From contig JBFWMA010000001.1 of assembly GCA_050251875.1 (NCBI GenBank), forward strand, positions 337,587 through 401,586: a stretch of DNA of 64,000 nucleotides. The letters run 5' to 3'. A model generated the notes under the pieces. That model did no database searches. It saw nothing but the letters and a program-made list of their open reading frames with translations, and had not been told where the DNA came from. Each line of letters opens with the position of its first letter. Position 1 is the first letter of the stretch. This DNA is from Deferribacterales bacterium. Lineage in GTDB: Bacteria; Chrysiogenota; Deferribacteres; Deferribacterales; Geovibrionaceae. A program made the position numbers and the translations under genes. Positions 61,101 through 64,000 of this stretch are shown piece after piece.

Positions 61101-64000
61101 CTCACTCGAAGCCATTCAGGCTCTCGGCGTTGGCGAAACTATGAAAGAGTATTTCGCCGTGATAGTCACAGACAACAACGGAGCGTCCACAACCAAGATA
61201 GTTGAAATCACTATCAAAGGTACAAACGACAAACCCGTTATCTACACCAGCGATTCCGACACCACAGGCGAGGTAACAGAAGACCACGCTAACCAGAGCG
61301 GAAAAATAATCACCACAGGCAACCTGTACTTCGGTGATGTAGATGTTAACGATACTCATACAGCGTCTGTAACATCCGGCAACCAGAGCAGCGCTCACAA
61401 CCTCGGATCACTTTCCGTAACAGTGAACAACACCTCTGACACCATCGCATGGAAATACACAGTTAACAACTCCGCCACACAGTATCTTGCTGAAGGCGAA
61501 GAAAAAACTGATACTTTCACCGTAAGGGTAAGCGATGGTAACGGCGGATACGCTTATGAAGAAGTAAAAGTAACTGTAGTCGGTACAAACGACTCACCCG
61601 ATATCAAAGAATGCGGATCAGATTTTATCGGATATGTGAAAGAGGACGCTTCCGATCCTCTCAAAGATTCCGGTATGATCCTGTTCAGCGATGTGGATAT
61701 AGCCGATTCTCACTCAGTGGATGTTACCGCTGTTAAAGACGGCAACGGAAATATCGTTAACCCCGCAGACTACAACGCGTTCATCAACGCTTTCAGCGCT
61801 TCTCTTGCCCACGATACAGGCAACAGCGGAAACGGCGGAAAAGTGTCATGGACATATAACCTCGACAACGATTCCGATGCTGTTCAGTCTCTTGCCAAAG
61901 GCGAGAAAGTCACTTACTCATTCCAGGTAGCCATCAGCGATGACAGCGGAGTGGCAGTGGCAGACAGCGACAGCGAAGCAAGCACAACATACAGATGGGT
62001 AACCATCACAATAGAAGGAACAAACGATGCTCCCGTAGCCAGAGCAGACTACAACTATGTATCTGAAGACGGCTATCAGGACGGCGTATATTCCGAAGGC
62101 GTACATCAGGTGGAAGGCAACGTTATCACAGGATATGATGACGGAGTATTCCAGTCAGGTTCACAGGATTCAGACGTTGACCACAACGCTGTTCTTTCAG
62201 TGAAAGACATAGCCGTGTCCGGTGACGACACAGTTGATCCCACACTGAACCCTGACGGCAGTATGACAATAGTAGGTCAGTACGGTACGCTGACAATCAA
62301 AGCTGACGGTTCCTACACATATGTTCTGGATGAGTCAAAAGCGGCTGGAATGCAGGACGGCGAATCCGCTGAAGACAAGTTCACATATACAGTATCCGAT
62401 CAGTACAACGCCACAGACACAGCCGAGCTCATTATCAATGTAGCTGGCGCTAACGATGGTCCTACCATCGGTGTGGACAGCGGCGTGACAATCTACAACG
62501 AAAGACCTATCGAAGCCGGATATCACAACGCCATCGGCGCATACTACTGGGACGCAGAGAGCGAATCCTATGTGGTTAAAGTGATTATGGCCGATATGCA
62601 GGATACTGCTCATGATGTAAGACTGGCTGGTTTTGACAACATGGAGCTCGCTGATCTGAAATTCTTCATAATCTCAGATACATCAGCTAGTGTTGACTAC
62701 ACAGACCCCAGCTACAACTTTACAATCGGCGCAGACGGCAGACTGTACTCCAACGGTACTCTCTTCACTGCTGACGATGTTATGTATTCAGATGAATCAC
62801 TGAACTCCGGCAGCTATGACTACTTCAAAAACATATCTATAGACGCTGACGGTACAGTTCATATCGGTGTGGAAGATATCCTTGGCGGCGGCGACCACGA
62901 CTTCGATGACGTAAGAATGTACGCTGTAGAGGACATCCCCGTATACACAGAGAACGAAGCTCCCGTTAATGTCGCAAACAACGCCTCCATAGGCGATGTG
63001 GACAGCGACAACATGAGCGGAATGTCTGTGACTCTGACAAACCTGATGGACGGAGACTTCCTGACAATAGGCGGAATGACATCCGGCGTTCTGGGCTCAG
63101 GAATAGCTTTCGATATCAGCGGAGACACAGTGACATTCTCCGGTGACGCTTCTAAAGCCGACTATGAAGCCGCTCTTAAAGCTCTTCAGTTCGGCAGCAC
63201 ATCCGAAGATCCCGACACATCAGACAGAGTGTTCTCTGTCACTGTTACAGACGATACAGGTCTCACCAGCGCTCCTGATACTTTCATAGTAAAAGTAGTG
63301 GCTGTTAACGATGCACCCGTTATCGATCTGGACGGAGACGGCAAAGTGGAAACTCTGCTGCTTCAGGAACACTTCGACAACATCACCAACATAACAGGCG
63401 GTTTTACTGTTGTTGGTAAAGACGGTACTCTGACAGGCAGTGACGGAGTTGAATGGACTCTGACAAATGCCGGTGTGGAAATCCAGCCCGATGGTACAGT
63501 GACAGACAGCTCTGACGGCGATGGATACATGGCGGAGCTCGATCCCCATGGCAACGGCAATACTCAGATGACAACAACTGTTAATCTTGTTGACGGCGCT
63601 GATTCATATGAACTGGAATTCAGCTATAAACCCAGACAGAATAGCGAATCCAGCGATATGTCAGTGAAATTCGGCGATGTGGAAGTCACTCTGCACCACG
63701 ATGGTTCATACACCGCTCCCGAAGGTCTGGAAGTCAGCATGGTAAAAGGCGCTGACGGCTGGTACACAGTATCAGTCAGCTATACAGGACTGACAGGAGC
63801 CACAGCCGACCTTACATTCGCCGGCGAAGGCGACTCCGATACCCTGGGCGCTCTGTTAGACGCCATTACACTGAAATCAGTGGAATCTGACGGTACCGGA
63901 TTTGAAACAACATTCACAGAAGACGGACCGGCGGTTGCCATATCCGACATCGACACTATCATAACAGACGTGGACGACACAGATATGGAGAGCGCTACTC
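58126..64000 (+). CDS. Giant LapA-like T1SS adhesin, N-terminal part (open to the window end; absent from the ORF track)
   Basis: GGAGG RBS, MSAIGIVKSIEG retention module, EETAAG, an Ig-like/cadherin repeat, many VCBS units ending GTNDAP/GTNDKP, DUF4114-like GVEDILGGGDHDFDD; frame spot-checked to the last line. Confidence 0.9.
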   Translation, partial: MSAIGIVKSIEGSATVHTADGLVKALMVGDSINLGDYIETSAGSNVVVALNNGKEINVGPASEVVFDESVMAPLADADSVDADSMQQALEKGEGLDQQDEETAAGEETAGVLNLSDYDLGDTSEGFVGSYLLGTQGEGVETPEGGARDGNTDPVALDDTVVLAEDGTIVIDVLANDTDADNDDLTIISFTQPSNGTLVLNDNGTFTYTPFGDYNGPDSFTYTISDGNGGTSTATVNITVTPVNDAPIATDNTGEATESGWEEAGANAMGNVITDDNGAGVDSDIDNPVSDLFVASVDGTAISGETAIAGLYGTLYISADGSYRYEIDNDNPDVQALNFEDRLSESFEYTLSDGDLTDTANLTININGTNDAPVAYGETNEVTLVEQGDIVYNEDGTATESYTEYSDTVSGNVLDNDTDIDNVDKSDSSYDGTNLELSVASLAFNGTDAEYDETSDSFTVEGKYGFLTINADGSYTYTLNNEDPDTQALKDGESAKEEFTYTVEDVYGAPSEAATLTINIQGTNDIPYVYGDNSATIQEDVNAQTINTHIGPFPYSYEVLTATGNLDIQDVDAGEDFFTPSSQNGQYGKFTMDSDGNWTYTVLNDDNITGLNPVQRLGAGESITETFTVYSQDGSQSEVVTVTILGTNDAPQVTGSSEHAYVKEDYHVNDGTLSDDGSFAFTDVDTHDVHTVTVTAVDAQGNPLAEGESNLGTLTASVVNDTTNDTLPVGLVDWDYDVDNSLYAIQSLAVGETIKEYYAVEVSDGNGGSTTKIVEVTIVGTNDKPVIYSSDSDTTGGVTEDTAVSHGKLTTTGDLYFGDIDASDTHTASVVSGNYPLQNLGSLSVSVDNATDTISWKYTVNNSYTQSLAEGQTKDETFVVRVSDGHGGFADQTVTVTITGTNDKPEVSSSKSYGSVQEDSHVHQGALDDSGSFSFSDVDSIDTHTVSVVAVDRFGNPLTSGSNLGTLTAEVDDDSTNDLLHRGEIDWDYTVNNSLEAIQALGVGETMKEYFAVIVTDNNGASTTKIVEITIKGTNDKPVIYTSDSDTTGEVTEDHANQSGKIITTGNLYFGDVDVNDTHTASVTSGNQSSAHNLGSLSVTVNNTSDTIAWKYTVNNSATQYLAEGEEKTDTFTVRVSDGNGGYAYEEVKVTVVGTNDSPDIKECGSDFIGYVKEDASDPLKDSGMILFSDVDIADSHSVDVTAVKDGNGNIVNPADYNAFINAFSASLAHDTGNSGNGGKVSWTYNLDNDSDAVQSLAKGEKVTYSFQVAISDDSGVAVADSDSEASTTYRWVTITIEGTNDAPVARADYNYVSEDGYQDGVYSEGVHQVEGNVITGYDDGVFQSGSQDSDVDHNAVLSVKDIAVSGDDTVDPTLNPDGSMTIVGQYGTLTIKADGSYTYVLDESKAAGMQDGESAEDKFTYTVSDQYNATDTAELIINVAGANDGPTIGVDSGVTIYNERPIEAGYHNAIGAYYWDAESESYVVKVIMADMQDTAHDVRLAGFDNMELADLKFFIISDTSASVDYTDPSYNFTIGADGRLYSNGTLFTADDVMYSDESLNSGSYDYFKNISIDADGTVHIGVEDILGGGDHDFDDVRMYAVEDIPVYTENEAPVNVANNASIGDVDSDNMSGMSVTLTNLMDGDFLTIGGMTSGVLGSGIAFDISGDTVTFSGDASKADYEAALKALQFGSTSEDPDTSDRVFSVTVTDDTGLTSAPDTFIVKVVAVNDAPVIDLDGDGKVETLLLQEHFDNITNITGGFTVVGKDGTLTGSDGVEWTLTNAGVEIQPDGTVTDSSDGDGYMAELDPHGNGNTQMTTTVNLVDGADSYELEFSYKPRQNSESSDMSVKFGDVEVTLHHDGSYTAPEGLEVSMVKGADGWYTVSVSYTGLTGATADLTFAGEGDSDTLGALLDAITLKSVESDGTGFETTFTEDGPAVAISDIDTIITDVDDTDMESAT

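Overview
Bacterial chromosomal window. The gene content and style suggest an anaerobic diderm, possibly Deferribacterota; this is inference only. From left to right it contains: palindromic repeats; a glnK-amtB operon with a sigma54-like promoter; an orphan PAS histidine kinase; an ~11.6 kb intact, tightly coupled minus-strand operon of 16 phage virion-like genes (prohead protease, decoration protein, major capsid, neck, tail-tip/fibre proteins, small membrane protein) with no recognisable terminase, portal, tail tube, tape measure, endolysin, integrase/transposase or replication gene; a TPR lipoprotein; an S8 protease behind a cI-like repressor that faces a small HTH gene across four phased operators; ftsY; an SPL-like radical SAM gene; an AraC/DJ-1 pair; the dcw cluster (mraZ to ftsZ, no murB); a glycosyltransferase; a Fic-HTH gene; tRNA-Ala(GGC); a PPIase; two tandem autotransporters; a FecCD-type ABC importer behind a ModE-like box; and the 5' 5.9 kb of a giant LapA-like VCBS adhesin running off the window. 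The best candidate for an undescribed system is the domesticated phage-structural operon together with the nearby protease-linked repressor switch, whose operator motif recurs upstream of the capsid operon (a gene-transfer-agent-like or capsid-derived particle). All family calls come from reading motifs by eye; no database searches were run.
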